From: Nostoc sp. DedQUE12a
GTDB taxonomy: Bacteria; Cyanobacteriota; Cyanobacteriia; Cyanobacteriales; Nostocaceae
DNA: 64,000 nucleotides
Assembly (NCBI GenBank): GCA_034530795.1
Contig: JAVRCH010000059.1
Span: forward strand, 847 to 64,846
Direction of reading: 5' to 3'
Shown here: positions 10,063-19,673 of the stretch, in pieces
How positions within the stretch are numbered: the first letter of the stretch is position 1
How the letters are laid out: each line of letters opens with the position of its first letter
Program-made: the position numbers and the translations under genes
Notes under the pieces: generated by a model
The model's database searches: none
The model's input: only the letters and a program-made list of their open reading frames with translations
What the model was told of the DNA's origin: nothing

Positions 10063-10264
10063 AAGCAAAAATTAACCTTCTGTGTCTTACACAACAACTC
10101 TAAAAGACTTGTGTGTACACCTAAGGGGAGGGGAGCGTTTGCTTTACTCAAATGCGGGGTGGGGTTCTTTATTTTTGATTTATGGAAGACTTGAACGTGG
10201 AGAAAAGCCCAAAAGCAAAACAAAAAAGCGATCGCCTCCCATCCCTCAGGCACAAAAGCAAAGT

Positions 10265-11638
10265 TTAGTACAGTGTCACCCCTCGGTTATAAGCGTCTTT
10301 AAAACTCGCATAGTCGTACTGGACTTGAGCCGCATAGTCTAGGGCAAAGTTAACGATCTCATCTTTAAATCCATCCTTATTACCGCTGGTAATATCAGTC
10401 ACTTCCTTATCAACACTTGCGGCAACAATCCTAGCATCATAGTCCTTGTCTGAGATGGCATGATTCTTAGCAACCACCTTCCCTACATAGCCCATTGCAT
10501 CCATGAACTTTGATTTAGTGGTTAGCAAAGTATAGTCAAAATCTACTTGATAGGGTGATTTTTCACGCAGCATAAAGGAAATACTGCTAACAGTAGTGTA
10601 GCCAACTAAAGGGTCAGTATTAGAAAGCATCGCTTTGGTGGCGATTGTCACCCTTGTTCCTTCATGATTATTATAAACTGAACTCGGCAACAGACCTGGA
10701 GATGCGATCGCCACGGCGCTACTATTTTGTTGCTTCATCTCTAAAATTCGGTCATCATCGGTTGCTGAACTTGGCCCTTCAATAAGTGAGTAATACCGAT
10801 ATTTGCCAAGACTACCTGTACCAGAACCTAATTTGAGGCGAATATCTTTTAGGGTGTAGTAACTATTGCTATGGCGTTTGCTGCTAGGAATTGAAGCGAT
10901 GTAGCTACTCATGGCAGTAGCGATATTTGAATAGGTGCTGCTAGATACAGGCTGGAGTTCCGAAGTTGTTTGAAAAACGCGATCGCTAGTACTGTTTAAC
11001 AGCGTGTACTTATTTAGTAAACTAGAGCGACTCTTAGCCGCTGCCTTTTGAATTAAATCTTTAACCACACCATTGGTATTGCTTTCTTCTAGACGGTATG
11101 ATAGCTCGTCATTAGTCCCTTTAAAGTCGCTTATCTTGTTCAGGTAAGCATCCAGGAAATTGCGGGCAATATCTTGAGCATCACCAGAGCTAAAACCGTT
11201 CTCTTTAGCTGCCAACAGAATAGAAACTGCCATACGTCGCAAATCCCAAACGTAGGGGCCAAGATAACCTTCATCAAAGTCAGTAGTATCAAAGACGTTA
11301 TTATCGTTGCTATCCCTCATCCCTCCAAGATTCTGCATGTGCATATCTCCCTCTAACCAAATGGCTGATGTCGGAGAATTGACAAATCCTGAACCTGGTA
11401 AAGTTTGCATATCACGATAAAAGATGTGAGCCGTCCCTCGATAGAACGCAAACGGGCTAGCTGTCATCTTTTGCATCTTTGTTGCCAGTTCTTGCGGCAA
11501 TTGGGAAGCAAACACATGGTTATATTGGTAAATCTCATTTTCCACCCACGTTGAACGGGGAGTTGCCGCTTGAGATCTAGATGGAAACCCCAAAGTTAAA
11601 ATCAGGATGATGATGATTGCAGATATCTGTTTCAGCAT
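10265..11638 (-). CDS. DUF2252-family protein with signal peptide
   Basis: SPFAFYRGTAHIFYRDM, EGDMHMQNLGG and FDTTDFDEGYLGPYVWDLRRM match my recollection of DUF2252. 457 aa. Confidence 0.65.
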   Translation of the reverse strand: MLKQISAIIIILILTLGFPSRSQAATPRSTWVENEIYQYNHVFASQLPQELATKMQKMTASPFAFYRGTAHIFYRDMQTLPGSGFVNSPTSAIWLEGDMHMQNLGGMRDSNDNNVFDTTDFDEGYLGPYVWDLRRMAVSILLAAKENGFSSGDAQDIARNFLDAYLNKISDFKGTNDELSYRLEESNTNGVVKDLIQKAAAKSRSSLLNKYTLLNSTSDRVFQTTSELQPVSSSTYSNIATAMSSYIASIPSSKRHSNSYYTLKDIRLKLGSGTGSLGKYRYYSLIEGPSSATDDDRILEMKQQNSSAVAIASPGLLPSSVYNNHEGTRVTIATKAMLSNTDPLVGYTTVSSISFMLREKSPYQVDFDYTLLTTKSKFMDAMGYVGKVVAKNHAISDKDYDARIVAASVDKEVTDITSGNKDGFKDEIVNFALDYAAQVQYDYASFKDAYNRGVTLY

Positions 11639-11805
11639 GAAAGCGTTTTAAGCGGTAAAAAATTAATTGCTGGACTTTTGTATAGGGACAATCATCCAAC
11701 AACAATTCTTTTAACACCTTGAGCTATAGCTTATAAAGTAATTTAAAGCACAATGTAATAACTATTTATATTAAGACTACTATTTGATTTTTGAAAAGAT
11801 AGGTA

Positions 11806-11859
11806 GTAACGCACCATTGTTTTAGATTTGGTGCGTTACGATGAAATCCGTAACGCACC
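11806..11859. promoter_or_regulatory. triple 10-bp motif (gtaacgcacc / ggtgcgttac / gtaacgcacc) between the DUF2252 and HxlR genes
   Basis: The motifs lie at 11806-11815, 11830-11839 (inverted) and 11850-11859. This could be an operator or a copy of a dispersed repeat. Confidence 0.25.
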
Positions 11860-12021
11860 CTACAATACTTACTCTCTGCAGCTCTGCGCCTCTGCGTGAG
11901 CTAAATTCATATTCTCAATCAGCAACACCAGAAATCACAATGGTGCTTTTATGCCATTCATGTCCACTATTGGCAGAATATAATAATACTGATTTGGAAG
12001 TAAATTTCCACCAAAATTTCT

Positions 12022-12363
12022 ATGAAAGCTGAAGCAGAAAACTATACCAAGCTGACTTGCGAAGTAGAAACTACACTCAAGGTCATTGGCGGGCGGTGGA
12101 AGGTTTTGATTATTAGAGAATTAATGACTGGCGTCAAACGCTTTGGCCAGATGCAAAGGGCTTTACCTGGAATCACTCAAAAGATGCTAACTCAGCAACT
12201 TAGAGAAATGGAGGAAGACGGTATTATTCATCGAGAAGTTTATCCCCAAATTCCACCAAAGGTAGAATATTCACTGACGCCTCTAGGAGAAACTTTGCAA
12301 CCCATTCTCTACGCTATGCATGAATGGGCTGTTCAACATTTTGGTCGAAATAATGACCATTAA
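12022..12363 (+). CDS. HxlR-family winged-helix transcriptional regulator
   Basis: [22 protein letters not shown]...[51 protein letters not shown] is the canonical HxlR pattern. Confidence 0.85.
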   Translation: MKAEAENYTKLTCEVETTLKVIGGRWKVLIIRELMTGVKRFGQMQRALPGITQKMLTQQLREMEEDGIIHREVYPQIPPKVEYSLTPLGETLQPILYAMHEWAVQHFGRNNDH

Positions 12364-12383
12364 TATTAAGCTGTTAGGCGTTA

Positions 12384-12773
12384 TTAGTTATTTCGTAAAT
12401 ATTCAATCGCTGCCTCTAATTTCGACGGATAACTTTCAGCAAACCTTTCAAACCAAAGTCCTTCAGGCGAAAATGGATCTATTTTCGCCAACCATTCTTT
12501 TGCTTGCACTTTCAAAGCCTCTAGCTGTTTAGCTTTGAGTTGTTCTTGGCGAATTCGTTCCTGTTCTAATTCCTGCTGTCTTTTTAATTCTTCAGCAGCA
12601 TCTATTTCTGTAAAATCAGACTTAACTTCTGCCAAAAGATTATCCATGAAAGATGCAGATTTTGGTGAGGCTGGAACAAAAGATTTGGCCGTAGTTGATT
12701 TTGGCTGCTGTTTGGGTTGTTCTTCTTTGTATTCAGTTTTAAGTTCAGCTAACAGCTTATCAATAGAATCCAT
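12384..12773 (-). CDS. hypothetical coiled-coil protein (129 aa)
   Basis: ORF track; charged, helical composition. It lies directly downstream of the two vWA genes on the same strand. Confidence 0.5.
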   Translation of the reverse strand: MDSIDKLLAELKTEYKEEQPKQQPKSTTAKSFVPASPKSASFMDNLLAEVKSDFTEIDAAEELKRQQELEQERIRQEQLKAKQLEALKVQAKEWLAKIDPFSPEGLWFERFAESYPSKLEAAIEYLRNN

Positions 12774-12905
12774 TTTTATAAGTCCTATAAAGCGGAAGCG
12801 AAAACCAAGATTATATTTGGCATTTTTTCAAAAGTTAAAAAAATGAAAATAGTTAAACAGTTTCCTGTTAACTATTCTTTTTTGCCTTTTGCCTTTTGCC
12901 TAATA

Positions 12906-13511
12906 CTAGTCATTAATGGCATTGAGTAGCACTTCTGATAAACTCAAATCTTCCATATCTTCCATAGTAATTGTGTCACAGATATCAAACTTAGCACCGG
13001 CGCTTTGGAGTTCATCGTCTAAAACTTTGAGAAAACGAGTAGCTTGCTGATCTGTACCAACTTGAATGAAAGAAATAGCTAATTCTTCATCTCTATCCAT
13101 CCGGCGAGAAGCTTCAATAATCACCTTCATGACTGCTTTGCGATCGTCTGGTTCGCCATCAGTAACCACTAAAATTGTTTCACCATTTGGCTTCGTTTGA
13201 CCAGCGCCTTTGCGTTGAAAATAATCATCAGTTGCATGTTTCAACACACCAGCTAAGTCAGTTGTACCAGAGGGATCGTTTTCTCGAAAAATTTGTGCTA
13301 CCTTCCCGGATGTCACATTTTCATAGCGCTTAAATTTACCAGAAAATACATAAACGGTGATACCATCTGGGTCAAATTGCTCACATTTACTAGCTAAAGC
13401 TAAAGTTGATTCTTGTGCTGTTATCCATCTGGTTCTACCACCCTTTTGATCTGGGGTAGCCATACTGCCACTTTTGTCAATAATTAAGGTATAATCTCGA
13501 TTTTCTAGCAT
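12906..13511 (-). CDS. von Willebrand factor A domain protein (TerY-like size), paralogue 2
   Basis: MIDAS-type DKSGSM near the N-terminus and VVTDGEPDD. 201 aa. Confidence 0.75.
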   Translation of the reverse strand: MLENRDYTLIIDKSGSMATPDQKGGRTRWITAQESTLALASKCEQFDPDGITVYVFSGKFKRYENVTSGKVAQIFRENDPSGTTDLAGVLKHATDDYFQRKGAGQTKPNGETILVVTDGEPDDRKAVMKVIIEASRRMDRDEELAISFIQVGTDQQATRFLKVLDDELQSAGAKFDICDTITMEDMEDLSLSEVLLNAIND

Positions 13512-13631
13512 TTATAACTTCCCCCAATATTTAGTCACAACTTTTATATTAGGAATCAATTTTTGAGCATAGATACTATCTCCAAAAATTGATAATAATG
13601 TATTAGATAAAGCCGATCAAGTTAGAAATTA

Positions 13632-14237
13632 TCAGTCAGTTATGGCGCTGGTTAATACATCTACAAGACTCATTTCTTCTAGGTCATCTAAAGTGACTGT
13701 ATCGCAAATATCAAATTTAGCGCCAACACTTTGCAACTGGTCATCCAAAGCTTTCAAAAACTTAGTGGCTTGACTGTCTGAACCTACTTGAATAATCGAA
13801 ATTGCCAATTCTTCATCACGCTCCATCTGCCGAGTAGCATGAATGATAACTTCAAACACAGCTTTGCGATCGTCTGGTTCACCATCAGTAATCACTAAAA
13901 TTGTTTCTCCGTTTGGCTTAGTTTGACCAGCAGCTTTGCGTTGAAAGTAATTATTGACTGCATCTTGGAGTACGCCTGCTAAGTTTGTCGTACCAGCAGG
14001 ATCGTTTTCCAGAAATATCTGTCCGACTTTGGCTGAAGTTACATCATCGTAGCGTTTAAATTTTCCAGAAAAGACATAAACAGTAATACCATCTGGGTCA
14101 AACTGTTCTGCCTTTCTTGCCAAAGCGAGTGTAGATTCTTGGGCTATTTCCCATCTACTTCTACCACCAACTTGGTCAGGTGTGGACATACTGCCGCTTT
14201 TATCAATGATTAGAGTGTAGTCGCGATCGCTCATCAT
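13632..14237 (-). CDS. von Willebrand factor A domain protein (TerY-like size), paralogue 1
   Basis: DKSGSM and ITDGEPDD. It is 201 aa and collinear with the 12906-13511 product, roughly three-quarters identical by eye. Confidence 0.75.
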   Translation of the reverse strand: MMSDRDYTLIIDKSGSMSTPDQVGGRSRWEIAQESTLALARKAEQFDPDGITVYVFSGKFKRYDDVTSAKVGQIFLENDPAGTTNLAGVLQDAVNNYFQRKAAGQTKPNGETILVITDGEPDDRKAVFEVIIHATRQMERDEELAISIIQVGSDSQATKFLKALDDQLQSVGAKFDICDTVTLDDLEEMSLVDVLTSAITD

Positions 14238-14800
14238 ATTTTTCCTGTAATTATTGCCCTGTGGTTCTAGTTTAACGCCGTTTTTTTATCATTAAGCAAG
14301 GGTTTAAGTTTTTGTATCAATTAGGTTATACAACACAACCCCGCTACAGCATATTTATGCGTGTAAACACGGTTGATTACGTGTATGTAGCGCCTTGATT
14401 TGTAAAATTTTTCGTAAGTATTGGTAATCAGCAAAAATATTTTATTAAGTATTAATTTTTATTAAAATCAACCTGAATTATACGTTAATTATATTTTTGA
14501 GGATTTCTGCCTTAAAAATAGGGAGCGGGAAACAAATATTTTTCATGTTATTTTTGTGTAATTTATCACATATTTGTCTAAGTTGAAAAATTCAGAGCCA
14601 ACAAAGCCCTATGTGTTCACTTTTAACTTTGTGGATGTAGTATTCACTAATTCTGACTTCTAAATTTTAAATTGTGGTTTCTTTTTAGCTGTTGCAATTG
14701 CATTAAATTTGGAAATACTAAATGTTAATTATGCTAATACCCGCCTAATTAAGTACCTTTCGACAAACTTCAAACCACCTAGATTCAGTTAGTTCAAAGT

Positions 14801-14995
14801 GAAAAGATGTCTAGCTTGGGTCAACTAGTTGCAGGAGTAGCGCCCTAAATTAACAACCCGATGAATTTTGTTTAATGACCGAACAATTTTTAATATCAAA
14901 CAGGGCAATCCCCGTAATTCAAATTAGAGGATTTAGATAATAAGCAAACAATCCGCAGTACGGATAAAGCGCGTATTGCGAATTGGTTCGACTAC
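14801..14995 (+). pseudogene. decayed histidine-kinase H-box remnant
   Basis: Positions 14807-14875 read MSSLGQLVAGVAP*INNPMNFV*. The common cyanobacterial H-box is SLGQLVAGVAHEINNP.NF, so the phospho-accepting His codon is now Pro and the next codon is a stop. Weak further similarity (LEDL...RI) follows in shifted frames. Confidence 0.45.
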
Positions 14996-15012
14996 TCTTT
15001 CGTAGCGACTTA

Positions 15013-15047
15013 AAAAGCCCTGAATTATTTTATTTCAGGGCTTGTTT
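15013..15047 (+). terminator. rho-independent-type terminator hairpin
   Basis: aaaaagccctgaa ttattttat ttcagggcttgtttt has a 9-bp stem flanked by an A-tract and a T-tract, so it may act in both directions. Confidence 0.6.
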
Positions 15048-15341
15048 TATATACAGTTTATTAAATGCCAGCGAAAAATCTTTGCCAGCGGTTTCTATAC
15101 ACATAATCATCGCTCAATGGCTTGCAAAAAAATAGCGGGTAACTACCCAATTTCTACCCATCTTTTCTGGGTATTCCCTTAATGTTTTCTTTATATTTGT
15201 CTATACCTCTACCGAGAAATTCTGAAGGTATGCCTTATGGCGGTTACAGTACTTATGCTTATAAAAAAGGTTAGCTTTTTTTGCAGCGAATTTACTTATA
15301 ATAATTTCAGCTATTACCACTCATTCCCTACACGATGACTT

Positions 15342-16226
15342 ATGGCAATACTTCAACTGATTGAACCTGAAGTTAAAGATTTAGGTGGTTTTTTTGCCCG
15401 TCGCAGTTTGCCATATCCTCATCGCCAAATGGTAGGGCCGTTTATTTTTTTCGATCATCTTGGGCCGTCCGTTTTGCCACCTAACAAAGGCATTGATGTC
15501 CGACCACACCCTCATATCAATCTGGCAACCCTCACTTACTTATTTGATGGTGCTATAATGCACCGCGATAGTTTAGGTACTGTACAGGAAATTCAACCGG
15601 GTGCAGTCAACTGGATGACCGCGGGAAAGGGGATTGTACATTCAGAACGCTCTCCCGACAGTGACCGTTACAACGAAGCCACCGTTCATGCTATTCAAAC
15701 CTGGATTGCTTTGCCTGTTGAACACGAAGAAACCGATCCTTGTTTTATTCACTATCCTGCTCAAACGCTTCCTACCTGGGAAGAAAATGGCGTTACCATC
15801 AAACTCATTGCTGGAGAAGCTTATGGTTACATCTCACCTGTGAAAGTTTTTTCACCCGTGCTTTATTTAGATGTGGTGCTATCTAGCAATACTCACTTCA
15901 CTATTCCTACTGGTTACTCAGAAACAGCAGTATACAGCGTTACAGAGGGATTGAGCATTAACGATCAACTGCTTGAGCCATATCGCCTTGCCATATTACA
16001 GCCAGGTCATGAGGTGAAGGTTTCTGCTGCTGTTGCTGCTAGGTGTATTGTCATTGGTGGTGAACCATTAGGTACACGTTATATATGGTGGAATTTTGTT
16101 TCTAGCCGACGGGAGCGAATAGAGCAGGCAAAGGCCGATTGGCGTGAGAACCGCTTTCCTAGCGTGCCAGGTGAAGCAGAATTTATTCCCCTGCCAGAAG
16201 TGGTGGCAGAGCCTAATCCTTTATAA
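15342..16226 (+). CDS. pirin family protein
   Basis: RRSLPYPHRQMVGPFIFFDHLGP, PHPHINLATLTYLFDG and MHRDSLG form the pirin cupin signature. 294 aa. Confidence 0.85.
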   Translation: MAILQLIEPEVKDLGGFFARRSLPYPHRQMVGPFIFFDHLGPSVLPPNKGIDVRPHPHINLATLTYLFDGAIMHRDSLGTVQEIQPGAVNWMTAGKGIVHSERSPDSDRYNEATVHAIQTWIALPVEHEETDPCFIHYPAQTLPTWEENGVTIKLIAGEAYGYISPVKVFSPVLYLDVVLSSNTHFTIPTGYSETAVYSVTEGLSINDQLLEPYRLAILQPGHEVKVSAAVAARCIVIGGEPLGTRYIWWNFVSSRRERIEQAKADWRENRFPSVPGEAEFIPLPEVVAEPNPL

Positions 16227-16270
16227 TCTGCGATCGCTTGCTTAAAATCCTTAACAAGTTTAACTCATTA

Positions 16271-16377
16271 GACCTCTTGCAAAAGTAACTTTTGCAAGAG
16301 GGGGTAAAGGGAAAAGGGTTTTTATTAGCCCTTTCCCCTTTACCCCTTACCCTTTTCCCCACTTCTGCAAGAAGTCT
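16271..16377. repeat. MITE-like dispersed repeat (family A), inverted relative to the 5742 copy
   Basis: gacctcttgcaaaagtaacttttgcaagagg ... ccctttcccctttaccccttaccc ... cacttctgcaagaagtc. Confidence 0.75.
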
Positions 16378-16566
16378 ATTTTGCAGTAGCTTTTCTAACA
16401 ATAAAGTTGGGGAAGCAAATCTTGGTAGAAAATTTAGTACTGATGCGAATGGTATCAATCTACTAGCCAATGTCAGGGCATTTGCTCAAAAGTGCGATCG
16501 CTAGTATCAACAGACTTAAACCCTGCAAAATGCTTTAATAGCTTTAGTTTATACTAAAGTTTATTA

Positions 16567-18465
16567 ATGATCCTGGTAACAACTACAGTAACTCTCCTCT
16601 CTCTTTTAGCTCTGTCAAGCCCCGATGTTGTAGCCTTTTCTGATACCCAAAGCTATTGGGCAAAGCATTGTGTTCAGCAGCTAGGAGACCGTAAACTTAT
16701 CACAGGCTACCCTGATGGTAGTTTTCGCCCAGATGCAACAGTGACACGTGCCGAAGCAGCGGTGTTAATGCTAAATGCTTTTCCTGATTCCCCAGTTAAA
16801 CGCACTGCTGCGTCATTTAAAGATGTACCTGCTAATTATTGGGCAAATAAAGCAATTTCTAACGCTTACCAAAAAGGATTTTTTTCTGGTTATCCTGGCG
16901 GAATTTTCCAGCCTAACCAACCAATTCCTCGCGCCCAAATCATTGGTGTCATAGCTGGTGGCAAAAATTACAGCCCTTTATCCAACCCAATGCAGACATT
17001 ACAACAGTATTTTAATGATGCGGCACAAATTCCTAACTATGCCCAAAATGCGATCGCATCTGCCACCATTAATAGTATTGTTGTCAATTATCCCAATGTC
17101 AAACAGCTAAGACCACTACAAAGCGCTACCAGAGGTGAAGTTGCAGCTTTGATGTGTCGGGCGTTAAATATTTACACAGTTCCCCCACAATATATTGCTG
17201 GAGTCGAAGTAGACAGCCAAGAAGTACGTCCTTTACCAGGAAAACTCGATCTTATTCCTACTTTTAACAGCAATAGTCCTGAACTAGTAACAACTGAAGG
17301 AATTTTACTCTCAACCTTTCCCCCAGATGGAAAACAAGTACAGTCAGCACATTTAAATTATTCTTTTCAAGGCAGATTTGATATATTTGCTCATCATATC
17401 GTCAGAGCAGAAACACCAGCCCAAAGCCGTACTGTTTACCAAGGAATAATCGTACATAATCCGGGAAATGAACCTGTAACACTGCAAATATTACAAGCAG
17501 CTAGTTATTCCACCAAAGAAGCACAGTTTATTACTTTACCAGATATTGTCGAAAATCCCCAAGGTTCAGTTTACTCTGGCCCAGGCGATCGCACAATGAA
17601 TGATGTACTGCGGGGAGTTCGCCAAGGGATTTTTCCCCAAAAGCTGGTAATAGAACCAAAACAAACTCAAATTTTAGCAAATTTACCCATTTCCGTACAA
17701 GCTCCTTCTTCTAACGGTCGCACTACCATGATGCGCTTGGCAAGTAGTGGCCCAGTTTATGTAGCAAATTTAGCCAAAAATAGTAATATTCCGCCCACTT
17801 TAGCTGAGTGGCAAAAGCTTCTGGATACAGGCACTTTAGCAGGAAAGCGTGACCCGATTCCGACACCTCTCGATCCTCCCAGAGAACCAACAGTATTTAG
17901 TCGTGTCGCTGGCGTATCCCAAGGAGCGCAATGGCAAGCACAAATTACGGATAATCCTAATGTATCTGAGTTAACGATACCCCAACCAGGAAAGGCATTT
18001 TCTTATCCTTTGGGAACTGTACATTTAGTTACTCTCAGCACCGGACAAATTCAAAGTGCAGCCATGTTAAGACGTTATCCTGATACGGCTTACTTTGCTC
18101 ACAGTAACTATGGTGTTGAATACAATCTAACTTTACCTCTCAGAAATATTACTAATCAAACTCAGGTGATAAATGTATCAATACAGACTCCTTTAAAGGA
18201 TGAAGGAGGAATAGATAGACTGCTGTTTTTAAAGCCAAATATAGAACAAATATTCTTTCGGGGAACGGTGCGGGTAAGTTACATCGATGATAATGGTGTT
18301 GAAAAGACGCGTTATGTGCATTTGGTACAGCGTCGGGGACAAATGGGCGAACCGTTGGTGACACTGAAGATGTTGGCGGGTGAACAGCGACAAGTACAGA
18401 TAGACTTTTTATATCCTCCAGATTCTACGCCGCCGCAGGTTTTAACGATCAAAACCCAGAGGTGA
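16567..18465 (+). CDS. SLH-domain protein with a large C-terminal domain (DUF3370-like)
   Basis: Signal peptide, then two S-layer-homology repeats (FSDTQSYWAKHCV...GYPDGSFRPDATVTRAEAAVLM and FKDVPANYWANKAI...GYPGGIFQPNQPIPRAQ). The C-terminal family name is from recollection only. Confidence 0.75.
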   Translation: MILVTTTVTLLSLLALSSPDVVAFSDTQSYWAKHCVQQLGDRKLITGYPDGSFRPDATVTRAEAAVLMLNAFPDSPVKRTAASFKDVPANYWANKAISNAYQKGFFSGYPGGIFQPNQPIPRAQIIGVIAGGKNYSPLSNPMQTLQQYFNDAAQIPNYAQNAIASATINSIVVNYPNVKQLRPLQSATRGEVAALMCRALNIYTVPPQYIAGVEVDSQEVRPLPGKLDLIPTFNSNSPELVTTEGILLSTFPPDGKQVQSAHLNYSFQGRFDIFAHHIVRAETPAQSRTVYQGIIVHNPGNEPVTLQILQAASYSTKEAQFITLPDIVENPQGSVYSGPGDRTMNDVLRGVRQGIFPQKLVIEPKQTQILANLPISVQAPSSNGRTTMMRLASSGPVYVANLAKNSNIPPTLAEWQKLLDTGTLAGKRDPIPTPLDPPREPTVFSRVAGVSQGAQWQAQITDNPNVSELTIPQPGKAFSYPLGTVHLVTLSTGQIQSAAMLRRYPDTAYFAHSNYGVEYNLTLPLRNITNQTQVINVSIQTPLKDEGGIDRLLFLKPNIEQIFFRGTVRVSYIDDNGVEKTRYVHLVQRRGQMGEPLVTLKMLAGEQRQVQIDFLYPPDSTPPQVLTIKTQR

Positions 18466-18573
18466 TTTTTTTACGCACAGGAGCCAGCACAGTACTAATT
18501 TTGTTCAAAAATCAAACATGATTCCTATATATTGAGATTAAAGGTGAGCTAAAAAAGCCCACCTTATTTTAAA

Positions 18574-18651
18574 CTAGACCAACAAAGCTTGTTCTTCTTT
18601 AGAAATCACTCTTCCTTGATCCTCGAAACCAACGATTTGATCAAAGTTCAA
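18574..18651 (-). pseudogene. relic copy of the acnB 3' end
   Basis: The minus strand reads [24 protein letters not shown]. Positions 18604-18651 align at about 45 of 52 nt (by eye) with acnB 22434-22482 ([15 protein letters not shown]). The upstream side is cut by a family A repeat. Confidence 0.65.
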
Positions 18652-18726
18652 GGTTTGGTATTTTCCTTTCCCCTTTAACCTTTTCCCTTTTCCCACCTCT
18701 TGCAAAAGTGTTTTTTGCAAGAGGTC
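18651..18726. repeat. MITE-like dispersed repeat (family A), half copy
   Basis: aggtttggtattttcctttcccctttaaccttttcccttttcccacctcttgcaaaagtgttttttgcaagaggtc. It lacks the gacttcttgcagaagtc end. Confidence 0.7.
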
Positions 18727-18846
18727 TATTGTATGAGTCAGCAGGACTTTTTTAGATATTTTTCCCAAGTATAAGCCAAGGCGATCGCCAATTATATAGA
18801 CGATGCAAAGAGCGATCGTAGTTTGACTTATACTTTATTGAACCAT

Positions 18847-19302
18847 TTAATTAATGCTTTGCCATTCACGAGCATCTACAAATAATGACAGATGTTTAAT
18901 ATTAGTAGTAGCAATAATAACTTGATGCCCTTTTAATTCTTCAATTTTGGCTTGTGCTGCTAAAATGACATCACCATCAAGAGATTTAGCATCAGTAGTT
19001 GGTTTTCCTGTTTTTCTAACTTCAGCCCAAAAATTCGCGGCTAAAAGCATTACAGAAGTAGTAATGGGTAAATAAGTAATTGCTGTTTTCAGTTGATCTA
19101 ACCGTTTAATACCCGATGTTTTTCCTGCTCTCAGTAATTCTCGCCTCACTTCGTAATCAGCAATTTCAGGTAAGATTATTTGATACCCTTTTAAAGGTAG
19201 TTCATCTAACCATTCTTTACACTCCTGACAAATAGGATTAGAGTTTTTCGGATTTGTTACCATTCCTAAAACATTTGTATCAAGGAAAACCAGTTTACCC
19301 AT
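18847..19302 (-). CDS. PIN-domain (VapC-like) toxin
   Basis: FLDTNVL, PEIADYEV, DGDVILAAQA and ATTNIKH give the acidic PIN residues in the canonical order. 151 aa. Confidence 0.75.
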   Translation of the reverse strand: MGKLVFLDTNVLGMVTNPKNSNPICQECKEWLDELPLKGYQIILPEIADYEVRRELLRAGKTSGIKRLDQLKTAITYLPITTSVMLLAANFWAEVRKTGKPTTDAKSLDGDVILAAQAKIEELKGHQVIIATTNIKHLSLFVDAREWQSIN

Positions 19303-19319
19303 AAAAACTGATGCAAAAT

Positions 19320-19673
19320 CTAAACCAGATTGTCATCAATTGCTTGAGACAGATATTCCCAAGTTTCTGTTTGCTCTTTTTCATCTCCTTCTTCTAACCA
19401 TTGTTTTGTTAGTTGTTTGAGTGATTGATGTTGTTGATTTAAAATTTCTTGTTCTTGTTTATTTAACTCTTTTGGTGAATTGCTTACTAATTCCGGTTTA
19501 ATAGTTACACTTTCCCGAAAAACCCGCATAATTGCCAGCAAGTTTGGCCAGTATTCTTTGGGCGTTTCTTGGATTTCTCTTAAAATTTCTATCAAACAAG
19601 TTTCTTTCTGATTATTACTGGCTTCAGCTTCCTTAATTAAATTGGGTTGAGACATCAGAACATCATTCCTCAT
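19320..19673 (-). CDS. putative cognate antitoxin (117 aa, unknown family)
   Basis: It lies 17 nt upstream of the PIN gene on the same strand. The call rests on context only. Confidence 0.45.
   Translation of the reverse strand: MRNDVLMSQPNLIKEAEASNNQKETCLIEILREIQETPKEYWPNLLAIMRVFRESVTIKPELVSNSPKELNKQEQEILNQQHQSLKQLTKQWLEEGDEKEQTETWEYLSQAIDDNLV

Noticed and set aside
9531-10194. Six overlapping ORFs of 80-168 aa on both strands (for example MQQRCKAMQQRCKA..., LPCTFVALPCTFVA...)
   Set aside because: All are translations of the 21-bp tandem array in different frames, with perfectly periodic 7-aa repeats and no start context. They are not genes.
16213-16504. 85-aa and 70-aa ORFs (similar ones at 18574-18768, 25651-25902 and 61679-61924)
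   Set aside because: Each is generated by a family A repeat (recurring EVGKGK..GKGE peptides) and occurs on both strands. They are repeat translations.
18541-18575. Terminator hairpin aaggtgagc/gcccacctt after the SLH-domain gene
   Set aside because: The A/T run lies in the loop rather than after the stem, and the sequence is part of the duplicated 55-bp repeat. It is not a classical terminator.
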